Positions 10,006 through 20,011 of a stretch of DNA of 64,000 bases are shown piece by piece (the stretch's first letter is position 1; the number at the start of each line of letters is the position of its first letter). The notes under the pieces were generated by a model. The model did no database searches. It was not told where the DNA came from and saw nothing but the letters and a program-made list of their open reading frames with translations. Position numbers and translations under genes: made by a program. The stretch lies in the NCBI GenBank assembly GCA_945877815.1, contig CAMDWJ010000019.1, forward strand, positions 8,596 through 72,595, in the 5' to 3' direction. Source of the stretch: Caenispirillum bisanense. Its GTDB lineage: Bacteria; Pseudomonadota; Alphaproteobacteria; Rhodospirillales; UBA2165.

Positions 10006-10962
10006 CTAATCGAACGGATAGATTCCGGTTTCCGCGCGATAGGCATGCTCGATGCCGTGGATGCCGGAACTCAGCATCGCATGCCATGATTCGCGCGTTG
10101 TCGCCCCGATGTGCGGCGAGGCGAAGAAGTTCGGCAGATCGATCAAGGGGTGATTGTTGGCGGGCTCGACCGCGAAGACATCGAAGGCCGCCCCTGCAAT
10201 ATGGCTGCTTTCCAGCCGTTCCTTGAGCGCCACCTCGTCGACCATTTGGCCGCGCGCGCAATTCACCAGGATCGCGCCCGGCTTCATCTTGTCCAAAACC
10301 GCACCGGTATAGAGACCGATCGTGGATTTGTTCTTGGACAGATGGATGGTTACGACGTCGGACCGCTTCAGCATCTCGTCCATGCTGACGACTTCGATAT
10401 TTTCGAACTGCTTATAGAAGTCCGAATAATCCTCGCGATCGCAGGCGAGGATTTTCACACCGTAGGGCTGCAGCAGCTTGACCACTTCCTTGCCGATATG
10501 ACCGACGCCATGGATGCCGACGGTGCGGCCGCGCAGATCGGCGCCGAAGCCCATCGGCCCTTTCCAGGCACCCTGCTTCAACACGGACGAGAAGAAGTGT
10601 ACGCGGCGGATGACGAAAACCATGTAGCAGACGGCGAGTTCGGACACCGAGATTTTATTGATCCCCGGCGCCCACCACATCTTGATGCCGTATTTGTTGA
10701 GAATATCGGGATCGACGTGATCGACGCCGGCCGAGCACAGCGAGACAACTTTAAGATCGGGCAATTGGCGGCAGACTTCGTCGGTAAAGCGATTGAGCCC
10801 GATCACGGCGATCTCGGCGCCCTTCAGGAAATCGACCAACGCCTGGCCCTGCATCAAGTTCCCTGGAGGCGCCCATTTGACGCCGGGATATTTCGTCTCC
10901 ATTTCCGCCTTCAGTTCCGGAAAAAATTCGAAGTAGGACAGCGGAACTGCAACACGCGGCAT
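10006..10962 (-). CDS. D-isomer-specific 2-hydroxyacid dehydrogenase family protein
   Basis: NAD-binding GIHGVGHIGKEV, catalytic-type region NCARG..D, and C-terminal PHIG.T. Confidence 0.85.
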   Translation of the reverse strand: MPRVAVPLSYFEFFPELKAEMETKYPGVKWAPPGNLMQGQALVDFLKGAEIAVIGLNRFTDEVCRQLPDLKVVSLCSAGVDHVDPDILNKYGIKMWWAPGINKISVSELAVCYMVFVIRRVHFFSSVLKQGAWKGPMGFGADLRGRTVGIHGVGHIGKEVVKLLQPYGVKILACDREDYSDFYKQFENIEVVSMDEMLKRSDVVTIHLSKNKSTIGLYTGAVLDKMKPGAILVNCARGQMVDEVALKERLESSHIAGAAFDVFAVEPANNHPLIDLPNFFASPHIGATTRESWHAMLSSGIHGIEHAYRAETGIYPFD

Positions 10963-11133
10963 GGTCGATTCTCCCTTTTATAATTGTATGGCCGCAACAC
11001 TAGCGACGGGCCTGCACCTTGGAAAGCGCTCGCGGGCCCATAAAGGCGGATAAAGATTGACAGAAGTGAGGCCGAATATGACATTAAGGTGTCCATGCCC
11101 GGATCGATTGTCGATAGGGACACGGAGGGGAAA

Positions 11134-11316
11134 ATGTCGACGAATACTGACACGCAAACTACTGTATCCTCAACGCTTTCTCAGCGAGTTGCGACCGCCG
11201 CCTTCGGAAGCCTGATCGGACTTTTTCTGATTTACGGCGTCGGCTTCGCCCAGCCCGAAACTATCCATAACGCGGCCCACGACACTCGGCACGCAGCCTC
11301 CTTTCCCTGCCATTAG
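11134..11316 (+). CDS. cbtB: Cobalt transporter small subunit CbtB
   Basis: A 60-aa single-TM protein ending HNAAHDTRHAASFPCH, the characteristic CbtB tail. I chose ATG 11134 because GGAGGGG lies about 5 nt upstream. It sits immediately upstream of cbtA. Confidence 0.8.
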   Translation: MSTNTDTQTTVSSTLSQRVATAAFGSLIGLFLIYGVGFAQPETIHNAAHDTRHAASFPCH

Positions 11317-11324
11317 GCGATAGA

Positions 11325-12050
11325 ATGCTGCAGCGACTGTTACTGTCAGGTGTGCTGTCGGGCCTGATCGTCGGGGTATTCGTCACCCTGATCCATCTTG
11401 CGATGGTGACGCCGATCATCCTCGAAGCCGAAACCTACGAAACGAAATCGGAAGCTCCGGCGGCCGCGCACGTCCATGGCGCCGGCACTGCGGCGCATAG
11501 CCACGACACCGAAGCCTGGGCACCCGAGGACGGTTGGGAGCGGAGTCTTTACACGCTCGCCGCCGACCTGATCATGGGCGTCGGCTTCGCACTGCTGCTG
11601 GCCGCCGGCTTTACCTTGTCCGGCCAGGATATTAGCGCTCGCGCGGGCGTGCTATGGGGTGCTGCGGGTTATCTCGCTTTTTCGTTCCTGCCCGCATTGG
11701 GTTTGCCGCCCGAATTGCCGGGCGCCGCCGCCGCCGATCTCGCCGCGCGGCAAATCTGGTGGTTCGGAGCTGCCGTTGCCTCGGTCGGTGGATTGGGACT
11801 GATCGCGTTCGGCAAACGCTGGATGCAAGGTGCCGGACTTGTTTTGCTGATCTTGCCCCATATTATCGGCGCGCCTCATGCGCCGGCAGGCGAAGCGGGT
11901 TCGGTTCCGCCAGAACTTGCGGCTCATTTCGTCGTCATGACGATGTTCATGAACGCTGGCATGTGGATCGCGCTGGGTTGGATGACCGCCTATTTCTTCC
12001 AGCGCTTCGCCGGCAGCACGCGCGGCCGGATCGTCGATATCAACGCCTAA
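11325..12050 (+). CDS. cbtA: Cobalt transporter subunit CbtA
   Basis: Multi-TM protein with a His-rich loop (AAHVHGAGTAAHSHDTEAW) and a PHIIGAPH motif. Paired with cbtB. Confidence 0.8.
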   Translation: MLQRLLLSGVLSGLIVGVFVTLIHLAMVTPIILEAETYETKSEAPAAAHVHGAGTAAHSHDTEAWAPEDGWERSLYTLAADLIMGVGFALLLAAGFTLSGQDISARAGVLWGAAGYLAFSFLPALGLPPELPGAAAADLAARQIWWFGAAVASVGGLGLIAFGKRWMQGAGLVLLILPHIIGAPHAPAGEAGSVPPELAAHFVVMTMFMNAGMWIALGWMTAYFFQRFAGSTRGRIVDINA

Positions 12051-13065
12051 TCCTTATCGCTGACACCTGCCTCGTCGAACGTCGCCATGCCGGAATGGCA
12101 GGCGGCGGCTCCACGCACGATGGCGAGGGCGAGGGCGGCCCCCGTTCCCTCGCCAAGCCGCATCCCGAGATCGAGCAGCGGAGGCATTCCAAGACGATCG
12201 AGCAACCGGCGATGTCCCGGTTCGGCCGACACGTGCCCAGCGATACAGTGATCGAGGGCGCGCGGATTGACGGCATGCGCGGCGCAGGCGGCAGCACCGC
12301 AAACATAGCCGTCCAGGATCACGGGAATACGTAAATGGCGCGCGGCGATGATTACGCCGCACATCGCTGCGATTTCCTTGCCGCCGACATGACGGAGAAT
12401 TTCAAGACCGTCGCTCATCGCGGCGCGATGCAGCGCCACGCTCTCCTCGACGATACGAACCTTGTTTTTCAGGGCCTCGCCGCTCACTCCGGTTCCCATC
12501 CCGACCCAATCGGACGCCGCCCCGCCGAGCGCCGCCATACAGATCGCGGCCGCAGCAGTGGTATTGCCGATCCCCATTTCGCCCACGCAGACGATGTCGC
12601 TATCGGCCTTCACGCTGGCCGCCCCGAGCCGAATCGCAGCCGCGCAGGCCTCCGCACTCATCGCCGGCTGGGATGAAAAATCTTCGGTCGGATCGTCGAC
12701 GCCGGCATCCACGACCTCCAAATCAATACCGCCGTCACGACAGAGCTGATTAATGGCGGCGCCACCCGCTTGAAAATTCAAAACCATTTGGCGTGTGACC
12801 TCGACGGGGAAGGCGGAGACGCCGCGCTGCGCAATTCCGTGATTCGCCGCAAAGATCAGCATGCGCGACCGTTCGACCTTGGGTGGATGCCGACCCTGCC
12901 AAGCTGCCAGCCATTCGGCGATGGCCTCCAGCCGACCCAAGCCGCCCGGGGGTTTCGTCAGCCTTGGCTCGCGCGCGCGCGCGGCATTGGCCGCACCTTC
13001 ATCGCGCCCACCTAGTTGTCGAACGACCGCGCGTATATCATTAATTGTTTGTAGAGGCAGGATCA
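12047..13065 (-). CDS. cobT: Nicotinate-nucleotide--dimethylbenzimidazole phosphoribosyltransferase
   Basis: TKPPGGLGRLE, FAANHGI and GEMGIGNTTAAAAI motifs. ORF 12047..13279 has no nearby ATG, so I propose the GTG at 13065 as the start (uncertain). Confidence 0.85.
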
Positions 13066-13124
13066 CGTAATTGGCTTTCACAATAGTGACTGCGTGACGC
13101 GTTATAAGGACTGCGGATAGACAG

Positions 13125-13946
13125 ATGGAAGACCAAAACCAAGAGAAATCGCCACAGGACGATCCGTTCACCGAACGGTCCAACGCCGAACGGCTGTGGC
13201 ACGAGGCGCGGCTCTGCCTTGGTTTCCTCACACGCATTCCGGTCTTTTCGATCGAATATTCGGGCCACAGTTCGCTCACCGGCGCCTGCTGGGCGTTTCC
13301 CCTGGTCGGCGTCTGCGTAGGGCTTGCCGCAGCACTTGTGCTCTGGCTTGCCGATGGGTTTGGGCTGGCGAGTCAGCTCGCAGCCTTACTGGCCATCGCC
13401 TCGATGATCCTGCTCACCGGTGCCTTACACGAAGATGGATTGGCCGATACCGCCGACGGTTTCGGACTCGGTGGCGATACCGAAAAGCGGCTCGCCGCGA
13501 TGCGCGATCCACGGATCGGGGTCTTCGGGATGGTCGCGTTGATCGTCGTTTTCTCGGCGCGCTGGACGGCGCTCGCCGATCTGGTTTCCATCTCGTTCGC
13601 TGAGGGGGCAACAGCTATCATCGCCGCAGCCGCAATATCGCGCGGCATTCTGCCCTATGTCATGCATGCCGTCGCGAACGCGCGCCAGGATGGACTGAGC
13701 GCCTCCGCCGGCCGGCCGGAATCGCAACCGGCCCTGATCGCGCTCGGGATTGCCGCTTTCATCTCCTTATTCGTATTCGGCATTAGCGGAACGATAGTCG
13801 TTGCGATCGTTACCGCGATCGTGACGATCGCAATCGTCGCGATCGCCCGCCGCCTGATCGGCGGGCAGACCGGCGATGTGCTGGGCGCCATTCAGCAAGT
13901 GACCGAAGCGGCGGTCTTGATCACAGCAGCAGGCCTTGTCGCTTGA
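13125..13946 (+). CDS. cobS: Adenosylcobinamide-GDP ribazoletransferase (cobalamin synthase)
   Basis: Polytopic membrane protein with LTRIPV and HEDGLADTADG motifs. Confidence 0.88.
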   Translation: MEDQNQEKSPQDDPFTERSNAERLWHEARLCLGFLTRIPVFSIEYSGHSSLTGACWAFPLVGVCVGLAAALVLWLADGFGLASQLAALLAIASMILLTGALHEDGLADTADGFGLGGDTEKRLAAMRDPRIGVFGMVALIVVFSARWTALADLVSISFAEGATAIIAAAAISRGILPYVMHAVANARQDGLSASAGRPESQPALIALGIAAFISLFVFGISGTIVVAIVTAIVTIAIVAIARRLIGGQTGDVLGAIQQVTEAAVLITAAGLVA

Positions 13947-14577
13947 GCCCGACGTGAACGAGGGTATTCTGCGGTGGTGGTGGATACGTCATGCACCCAC
14001 CGTGGGCCCCGCCCATCTGATCCATGGCACCGACGATACGCCAGCCGACCTGTCGGATGCGATTGCCATGTCGCGCTTGGCAAAATTACTGCCAGCCGAC
14101 GCGATGGGACTGACAAGCGCCGTGCCGCGCGCAATCCAGACCTATGACGCGCTGCGGCAGCTCAATCGCGACCTTACGACCGCAAACATCGATCCCGACT
14201 TTGGCGAACAGGATTTCGGCAAATGGACAGGCCGAAGCTGGGACGAACTCGCGCCAATCACCCGGACATTCTGGAAAGATCCGATCGGCACGGCACCGCC
14301 CGGGGGCGAATCCTATCGCGCCATGTGCCAGCGCGTGCAGCGCTGCATCGTAATGCGGTCGGAGACCCAGCGGGGAAATCTCGTCACCGTCGCCCACGCG
14401 GGGCCAATTCGCGCCGCACTTGCAATTGCGCTCGATATGCCCTTCGAATCGTCGATCCGCTTCGAAATCGCCCCATTGTCCCTCACGCGGATCGACGCGA
14501 TTGCTACCACCTCCGGCGTTTCGTGGCGCGTCTTGGCCGTGAATGTGCGGCCCGGCGATTTCAACGCGGATTATTGA
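13936..14577 (+). CDS. cobC: Histidine-phosphatase family protein, probable alpha-ribazole phosphatase (Salmonella CobC nomenclature)
   Basis: An RHA..T variant of the RHG motif near the N-terminus (WWWIRHAPT) and a later VAHAGPIRA block. It overlaps the cobS stop. The start is TTG 13936 or GTG 13954. Confidence 0.65.
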   Translation: MSLEPDVNEGILRWWWIRHAPTVGPAHLIHGTDDTPADLSDAIAMSRLAKLLPADAMGLTSAVPRAIQTYDALRQLNRDLTTANIDPDFGEQDFGKWTGRSWDELAPITRTFWKDPIGTAPPGGESYRAMCQRVQRCIVMRSETQRGNLVTVAHAGPIRAALAIALDMPFESSIRFEIAPLSLTRIDAIATTSGVSWRVLAVNVRPGDFNADY

Positions 14578-14599
14578 CCCTGGCCTGTTTGCCGCGTCC

Positions 14600-14800
14600 T
14601 TTGGGCAATGTTAGGTTCCCACAGCCAAGTTAGGGAAGCCGGTGAGACACCGGCGCTGCCCCCGCAACTGTAAGCGGCTTGGCATCCGCAGCCTTGGGGC
14701 CGTCCAGCCCCAGGCGCCACTGGCCGAAGCAGGCTGGGAAGGCGCGGATGCCGCAAAGCCCGAGCCAGGAGACCGGCTTGGCGTACCGCAACCCTCGTGA
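14600..14800 (+). promoter_or_regulatory. Cobalamin (B12) riboswitch
   Basis: GGTTCCC..AGGGAAGCCGGTGAGA.ACCGGCGCTGCCCCCGCAACTGTAAGCGG core. GCCACTGG at 14716-14723, then GGGAAGGCG. B12 box AGCCAGGAGACCGGC at 14763-14777. It fills the 248-nt gap ahead of cobU. Confidence 0.88.
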
Positions 14801-14825
14801 TCCTCGGGTGGAGGATGGAACGTGC

Positions 14826-15365
14826 ATGACACAGAGTTTGCCTAGCCCATCGATCCAACTGCCGCGCGTGACGCTCGTGCTGGGTGGCGCGCGTTCGGGC
14901 AAAAGCGCCTATGCCGAACGACTCGTTCTCGGAGCGTCCGAGGCGGGCGTATATGTGGCGACGGCGCAGGGGCGCGATCCCGAAATGATGCAGCGCATCG
15001 CCTTGCACAAGGAACGCCGCGGCTCGAAATGGCAGACCATCGAAGCGCCCATCGAGGTGGTCGGCGCGTTGTCGTCTATTCCCAAAACGACGCCGGTTCT
15101 CGTCGATTGCCTAACGCTTTGGCTGTCGAACCTGATGGAAGCCGAAATCGATCCCGATCGCGAATCCGAACGTCTCGTCGAGTGTCTTTACGCGATCGAC
15201 GGGCCCGTCATCCTCGTCTCAAATGAAGTCGGCCTCGGCATCGTCCCGGACAATGCACTGGCGCGCCGCTTCCGCGACCATGCGGGTCGTCTCAATCAAA
15301 CCGTTGCCGCCTCCGCAGACCAGGTTTTCTTCATCGCTGCCGGCCTAGCCATGAGATTGAAATGA
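14826..15365 (+). CDS. cobU: Bifunctional adenosylcobinamide kinase / adenosylcobinamide-phosphate guanylyltransferase
   Basis: In-frame ATG at 14826 of ORF 14679..15365, downstream of the riboswitch. P-loop LVLGGARSGKSAYAE and NEVGLGIVP. Confidence 0.9.
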   Translation: MTQSLPSPSIQLPRVTLVLGGARSGKSAYAERLVLGASEAGVYVATAQGRDPEMMQRIALHKERRGSKWQTIEAPIEVVGALSSIPKTTPVLVDCLTLWLSNLMEAEIDPDRESERLVECLYAIDGPVILVSNEVGLGIVPDNALARRFRDHAGRLNQTVAASADQVFFIAAGLAMRLK

Positions 15366-16387
15366 AAAAAGTCCCCGTCACCGTCATCACCGGCTTTCTC
15401 GGCGCCGGCAAAACCAGCCTCATCCGTCACCTGATCCAGAATGCCGATGGCCGCCGCTTGGCACTCGTCATCAATGAATTCGGCGATATTGGCGTCGACG
15501 GCGAGATTCTCAAAAGCTGCGGCACCGAGGCCTGCACCGAAGACGATATCGTCGAACTGGCCAACGGCTGCATTTGCTGCACCGTCGCCGACGAATTCAT
15601 CCCGACGCTAACGAAGCTGCTCGACCGTCCGGAGCCGCCCGATCACATCATCATCGAGACCTCGGGATTGGCCTTGCCGAAACCGCTGGTGAAGGCGTTC
15701 CAATGGCCGGAAGTGCGCTCGCGCGCGACCGTCGACGGCGTCGTCACAGTGGTCGATGGGCCCGCGGTGGCCGCCGGCCTGTTCGCAGTGGATCCGGATG
15801 CCATAGCAGCGGCGCGGGCACTCGATCCCAACGTGGATCACGACGCCCCGCTCGAAGAGCTGTTCTCCGATCAATTGGCCTGCGCCGACATGATCGTCGT
15901 TAGCAAAAGCGATCTCATGCAACCGAGCGAAATCGACGGCGTCTTGGAGACCGCACGGAACGGGGCGCGCGATCGCGTCAAAACATTGGTCGCGTCCTTT
16001 GGCCGCATACCGGCCGCGATCCTGCTCGGACTCGATTCGTCGGCCGAGGAAGACATCGATGAACGCTGGTCCCATCACGATTCCGAGCCCGACCACGATC
16101 ACGACGATTTCGAGAGCTTCATCGTCACTCTGCCGGCAGCCATATCGCCCGAACATCTGGCGGCGCGGGTGCAACGCGCACTCGGCGCCGACGGCGTTCT
16201 TCGCATCAAGGGGATCGCCGCCGTCGCGGACCGGACCGCGCGGCTCGTGGTCCAGGGCGTGGGCGAGCGCTTGGAAACCTATTACGACCGGCCGTGGCTG
16301 GAGTCCGAAGACCGCACGACGCGGCTCGTCGTCATCGGACTCAACGGGCTGGACCGCGCGCGGATCACTGAGCTGATCGCGGACTGA
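15362..16387 (+). CDS. cobW: Cobalamin biosynthesis GTPase CobW (COG0523 family)
   Basis: ITGFLGAGKTSL P-loop, CICCT metal motif and an acidic His-rich linker HHDSEPDHDHDD. ATGA overlap with cobU. Confidence 0.9.
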   Translation: MKKVPVTVITGFLGAGKTSLIRHLIQNADGRRLALVINEFGDIGVDGEILKSCGTEACTEDDIVELANGCICCTVADEFIPTLTKLLDRPEPPDHIIIETSGLALPKPLVKAFQWPEVRSRATVDGVVTVVDGPAVAAGLFAVDPDAIAAARALDPNVDHDAPLEELFSDQLACADMIVVSKSDLMQPSEIDGVLETARNGARDRVKTLVASFGRIPAAILLGLDSSAEEDIDERWSHHDSEPDHDHDDFESFIVTLPAAISPEHLAARVQRALGADGVLRIKGIAAVADRTARLVVQGVGERLETYYDRPWLESEDRTTRLVVIGLNGLDRARITELIAD

Positions 16388-16390
16388 TCC

Positions 16391-19300
16391 ATGCATCTGC
16401 TCCTCACCCAGGCAGGCGCGATCGGCGACGGCACCACGGCCGTCGATCTCGGGCAATCGCCGGGCGATATCGTCGTCCTCAGTGCGGCCGCGAGCGATCT
16501 TGCGCTGCTGGCGGGTGCCCGCAAACGATTGGACGCCGTGGGCTTGCCGAGCCTGCGTCTCGCCAATCTCATGCAGCTGTCGCACAACCTGTCGGTCGAC
16601 CACTATCTCGACCGGACCGTACGCGGAGCCAAGCTCGCGATCGTGCGCGTGATTGGCGGTGTCGGTTATTGGTCCTACGGTCTCGAACAACTGAGCGCGC
16701 TGACGCGCGAAACCGGAATTGAACTCGCCGTGATCCCGGGCGACGAGCAACCCGATCCAGAACTGATGGACTATTCGACCGTACCGGTCGAGGCGCGCCA
16801 TCGGCTCTGGCAATATTGTGTGCAGGGCGGTCCCGGCAATGCAGAACAGTTCCTGTGCTACGCCGCGCACCTGATCGGACGCCCCATGGCGTGGCGCGAA
16901 CCGACGCCGCTGATCCGATCGGGTTTCTATCGGCCGGGCGAGGGGATCGGCGATCTCGCGACCGTTCGGTCATTTTGGCGCGCCGACGCGCCGGTCGCCG
17001 CGATCGTCTTTTATCGCGCGCTGTTCCAGGCCGACGATCTGGCGCCCATCGATGCCTTGATCGAAGCCTTGAACGCGCGCGGACTCAATGTCCTGCCGAT
17101 ATTCGTCAACAGCTTGAAGGATACGGGGACCGCCGAATTCGTTACCAGAGCGCTGTCGGAAACCCAAACCGCCATCGTCTTGAACACGACCGGCTTCGCC
17201 GTCTCGACCCCGGGCGCCACACACGCGACCCCGTTCGATGTCGCCGATTGCCCCGTTCTCCAGGTGATCCTGTCGGGCGGGACACGCGAAACCTGGGAGA
17301 GCGGGAAGGGCGGCTTGAGTGCGCGCGATCTCGCCATGAGCGTGGCGCTGCCCGAAATCGACGGGCGTATCGTCACCCGCACGGTTTCATTCAAGGAAAC
17401 CGCCGAAATCGATCCGTCCACCGAAAGTGCGGTGGTGCGCAACGCCGCCCATCCCACACGCATCGCGTTCGTGGCCGAGCTGGCCGCTCGCTGGGTAAAA
17501 TTGCGCATCGCCCAGCCCGCCAAGCGCCGTATCGCCATTGTGCTCGCCAATTATCCGAACAAGGACGGACGCCTGGCCAATGGCGTCGGACTCGATACGC
17601 CCGCCAGTGTTGCGCAGACATTGGCATCCTTGGCGAGCGCGGGGTACGACCTCGGCTCGAACGCCCCGGACAGTGGTGCTAACCTGATCCAGAACCTGAT
17701 GGACGCACGAACCGATGGCATCCGCTTCGATGGCGCAGATTACACCGGGATGTATGCGACACTGCCGCTTGCGATCCGCGCGGCGGTGCAGAACCGTTGG
17801 GGCGCCCACGAGGCCGATCCGTTCTATGCCGATGGCTCATTCCGTCTGCCCGCGCGGCGACACGGCAATATCGTGATCGCGGTGCAGCCGGCGCGCGGCT
17901 ACGAGATCGATCCGACCGCCACCTACCACGATCCGGAACTGGTGCCGCCGCACCGCTATCTCGCCTTCTATCTTTGGCTGCGCACGAACTTCGACGCCCA
18001 TGCCGTCATCCACTACGGCAAACACGGCAATCTCGAATGGCTGCCCGGAAAATCCATCGCGCTCGATGAAAGCTGCTTTCCCGAAGCCGCATTCGGACCG
18101 ATGCCGCACCTCTATCCCTTCATCGTCAACGATCCCGGCGAAGGCACGCAGGCCAAGCGCCGTGCGCAAGCCGTCATCCTCGATCATCTTACGCCGCCGC
18201 TGACCCGCGCCGAAACCTATGGGCCTTTGCGCGAACTCGAGCGTTTGGTGGACGAATATTATCTCGCCTCGGGCATGGATTCGCGACGCCTTGTCGTGCT
18301 GCGCGACGATATCTTGGCATTGACCGCGCGCATCGGCCTCGATCGCGATCTCGGCATCGACCGCGAGACCGAAAGCACCCAGGCGCTGGTCCAGATCGAC
18401 CGGCATTTGTGCGAGCTGAAGGAACTGCAGATCCGCGACGGGCTGCATATCTTCGGCCGTTCCCCCGAAGGACGCCAGGAAACCGACCTTCTCGTCGCCC
18501 TCATGCGCGGCGATTTGACCCGCGCGATCGCCGCCGATCTTGGTTTCGCCGGGTTCGATCCGCTCGATTGCGACATGGCGGCACCCTGGACCGCCGAACG
18601 CCCCGATGCCCTTCAGGGTGAGGCGCCCTGGCGCACGGCGGGAGACACGGTCGAACGCATCGAACTGCTCGCCGCCGCCCTGGTAGCTGGAACCCAAACA
18701 CCGAACGAGGGCTGGCAGCGCACGCGCGCGGCCTTGGTTCACTTGGAAACCGATGTGCGGCCGAAGCTTCGAAGCTCCGGCCTGGCCGAAACCGCCGGGC
18801 TGTTGGCCGGGCTCGACGGGCGCTTCGTGGTACCCGGGCCGAGCGGTGCGCCGACACGCGGACGGCTCGATGTCCTGCCGACCGGGCGCAACTTCTATTC
18901 GATCGATTGTCGCGCGGTACCGACGCCGGCGGCCTGGATGCTCGGATGGAAATCCGCGACCCTGCTGATCGAACGCCATTTCCAGGACAACGGCGACTAT
19001 CCGCGCCGCATCGTTCTGTCGGCCTGGGGCACCGCCAATATGCGCACCGGCGGCGACGATATCGCGCAAGCACTTGCCCTGATGGGCGTGCGGCCGACCT
19101 GGGATCGCAATTCCTCGCGCGTCACCGGATTCGAGATCATGCCCGCCGAGGTGCTCGGCCGCCCGCGCGTCGATGTCGTCTTCCGAGTATCAGGTTTCTT
19201 CCGCGATGCCTTTCCCGCCCAAGTCGATCTGATTGATTCCGCCGCGCGCGCCGTGGCACTCCTGGACGAACCCGCCGAGATCAATCCGCTTGCGGCCACG

Positions 19301-20011
19301 CCAGGCTATCGCGTTTTCGGCGCCAAGCCCGGCGCCTACGGGGCCGGGCTGCAAACCCTGATCGACGAGCAATGCTGGCAAGACGATGCCGACCTCGCCG
19401 AGGCCTATGTCGCCTGGGGCGGCTATGCCTATGGCAACGGTGCGGCCGGCATCGATGCGCGCGATCAGTTCCGCCTTCGGCTTTCGGCCGTTCAAGCGGT
19501 CGTGCAGAACCAGGACAACCGCGAGCACGATCTGCTCGACAGCGACGATTATTATCAGTTCGAAGGCGGGGCGGCGGCCGCGGTCCGGCATCTGTCCGGC
19601 GTGCAGCCGATCCTGTATCACAACGACCACAGCCGACCGGAAACGCCCAAGATCGGCACGCTCGGCGAGGAGATCGGGCGTATCGTGCGCGCCCGCGCCG
19701 CCAATCCGAAATGGATCGCGGGCGTGATGCGCCACGGCTACAAGGGCGCCTTCGAGATCGCGGCGACCGTGGATTATCTTTTCGCCTTCGCCGCGACTGC
19801 GCGCGTGGTCGAGGATCATCATTTCGACCAATTGTTCGATGCCTATCTCGGCGATCCCATCGTGCGAGCCTTTATGGAAGCCAACAATTCACCGGCCCTG
19901 GCTGAGACTGCCGCGAAATTCGAGGAAGCCATCGATCGCGGCTTCTGGCATCCGCGCTCCAATTCGGCGCGCGATCTTTTGAAAAGCCTGAGCACAGGAG
20001 TGGCCGCATGA
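16391..20011 (+). CDS. cobN: Cobaltochelatase large subunit CobN
   Basis: A 1206-aa ORF with CobN/Mg-chelatase H-type sequence throughout (for example HYGKHGNLEWLPGK, RDGLHIFG, LLDSDDYYQFEGG). Confidence 0.92.
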   Translation: MHLLLTQAGAIGDGTTAVDLGQSPGDIVVLSAAASDLALLAGARKRLDAVGLPSLRLANLMQLSHNLSVDHYLDRTVRGAKLAIVRVIGGVGYWSYGLEQLSALTRETGIELAVIPGDEQPDPELMDYSTVPVEARHRLWQYCVQGGPGNAEQFLCYAAHLIGRPMAWREPTPLIRSGFYRPGEGIGDLATVRSFWRADAPVAAIVFYRALFQADDLAPIDALIEALNARGLNVLPIFVNSLKDTGTAEFVTRALSETQTAIVLNTTGFAVSTPGATHATPFDVADCPVLQVILSGGTRETWESGKGGLSARDLAMSVALPEIDGRIVTRTVSFKETAEIDPSTESAVVRNAAHPTRIAFVAELAARWVKLRIAQPAKRRIAIVLANYPNKDGRLANGVGLDTPASVAQTLASLASAGYDLGSNAPDSGANLIQNLMDARTDGIRFDGADYTGMYATLPLAIRAAVQNRWGAHEADPFYADGSFRLPARRHGNIVIAVQPARGYEIDPTATYHDPELVPPHRYLAFYLWLRTNFDAHAVIHYGKHGNLEWLPGKSIALDESCFPEAAFGPMPHLYPFIVNDPGEGTQAKRRAQAVILDHLTPPLTRAETYGPLRELERLVDEYYLASGMDSRRLVVLRDDILALTARIGLDRDLGIDRETESTQALVQIDRHLCELKELQIRDGLHIFGRSPEGRQETDLLVALMRGDLTRAIAADLGFAGFDPLDCDMAAPWTAERPDALQGEAPWRTAGDTVERIELLAAALVAGTQTPNEGWQRTRAALVHLETDVRPKLRSSGLAETAGLLAGLDGRFVVPGPSGAPTRGRLDVLPTGRNFYSIDCRAVPTPAAWMLGWKSATLLIERHFQDNGDYPRRIVLSAWGTANMRTGGDDIAQALALMGVRPTWDRNSSRVTGFEIMPAEVLGRPRVDVVFRVSGFFRDAFPAQVDLIDSAARAVALLDEPAEINPLAATPGYRVFGAKPGAYGAGLQTLIDEQCWQDDADLAEAYVAWGGYAYGNGAAGIDARDQFRLRLSAVQAVVQNQDNREHDLLDSDDYYQFEGGAAAAVRHLSGVQPILYHNDHSRPETPKIGTLGEEIGRIVRARAANPKWIAGVMRHGYKGAFEIAATVDYLFAFAATARVVEDHHFDQLFDAYLGDPIVRAFMEANNSPALAETAAKFEEAIDRGFWHPRSNSARDLLKSLSTGVAA

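Noticed and set aside
10963-11133. A possible second cobalamin riboswitch upstream of cbtB.
   Set aside because: I looked for the GCCACTG core, the GGGAAG..GGTG block and a B12 box and found none. A covariance-model scan would be needed to be certain.
15608-16870. A 420-aa minus-strand ORF antisense to cobW/cobN. Similar long antisense ORFs occur elsewhere, for example 7244..8341, 17837..19069, 24574..25602, 39843..41408, 47904..48839 and 62457..63452.
   Set aside because: The opposite strand carries unmistakable family motifs in every case. The antisense products are Arg/Gly/Ala/Pro-rich low-complexity sequences typical of shadow ORFs in high-GC DNA.
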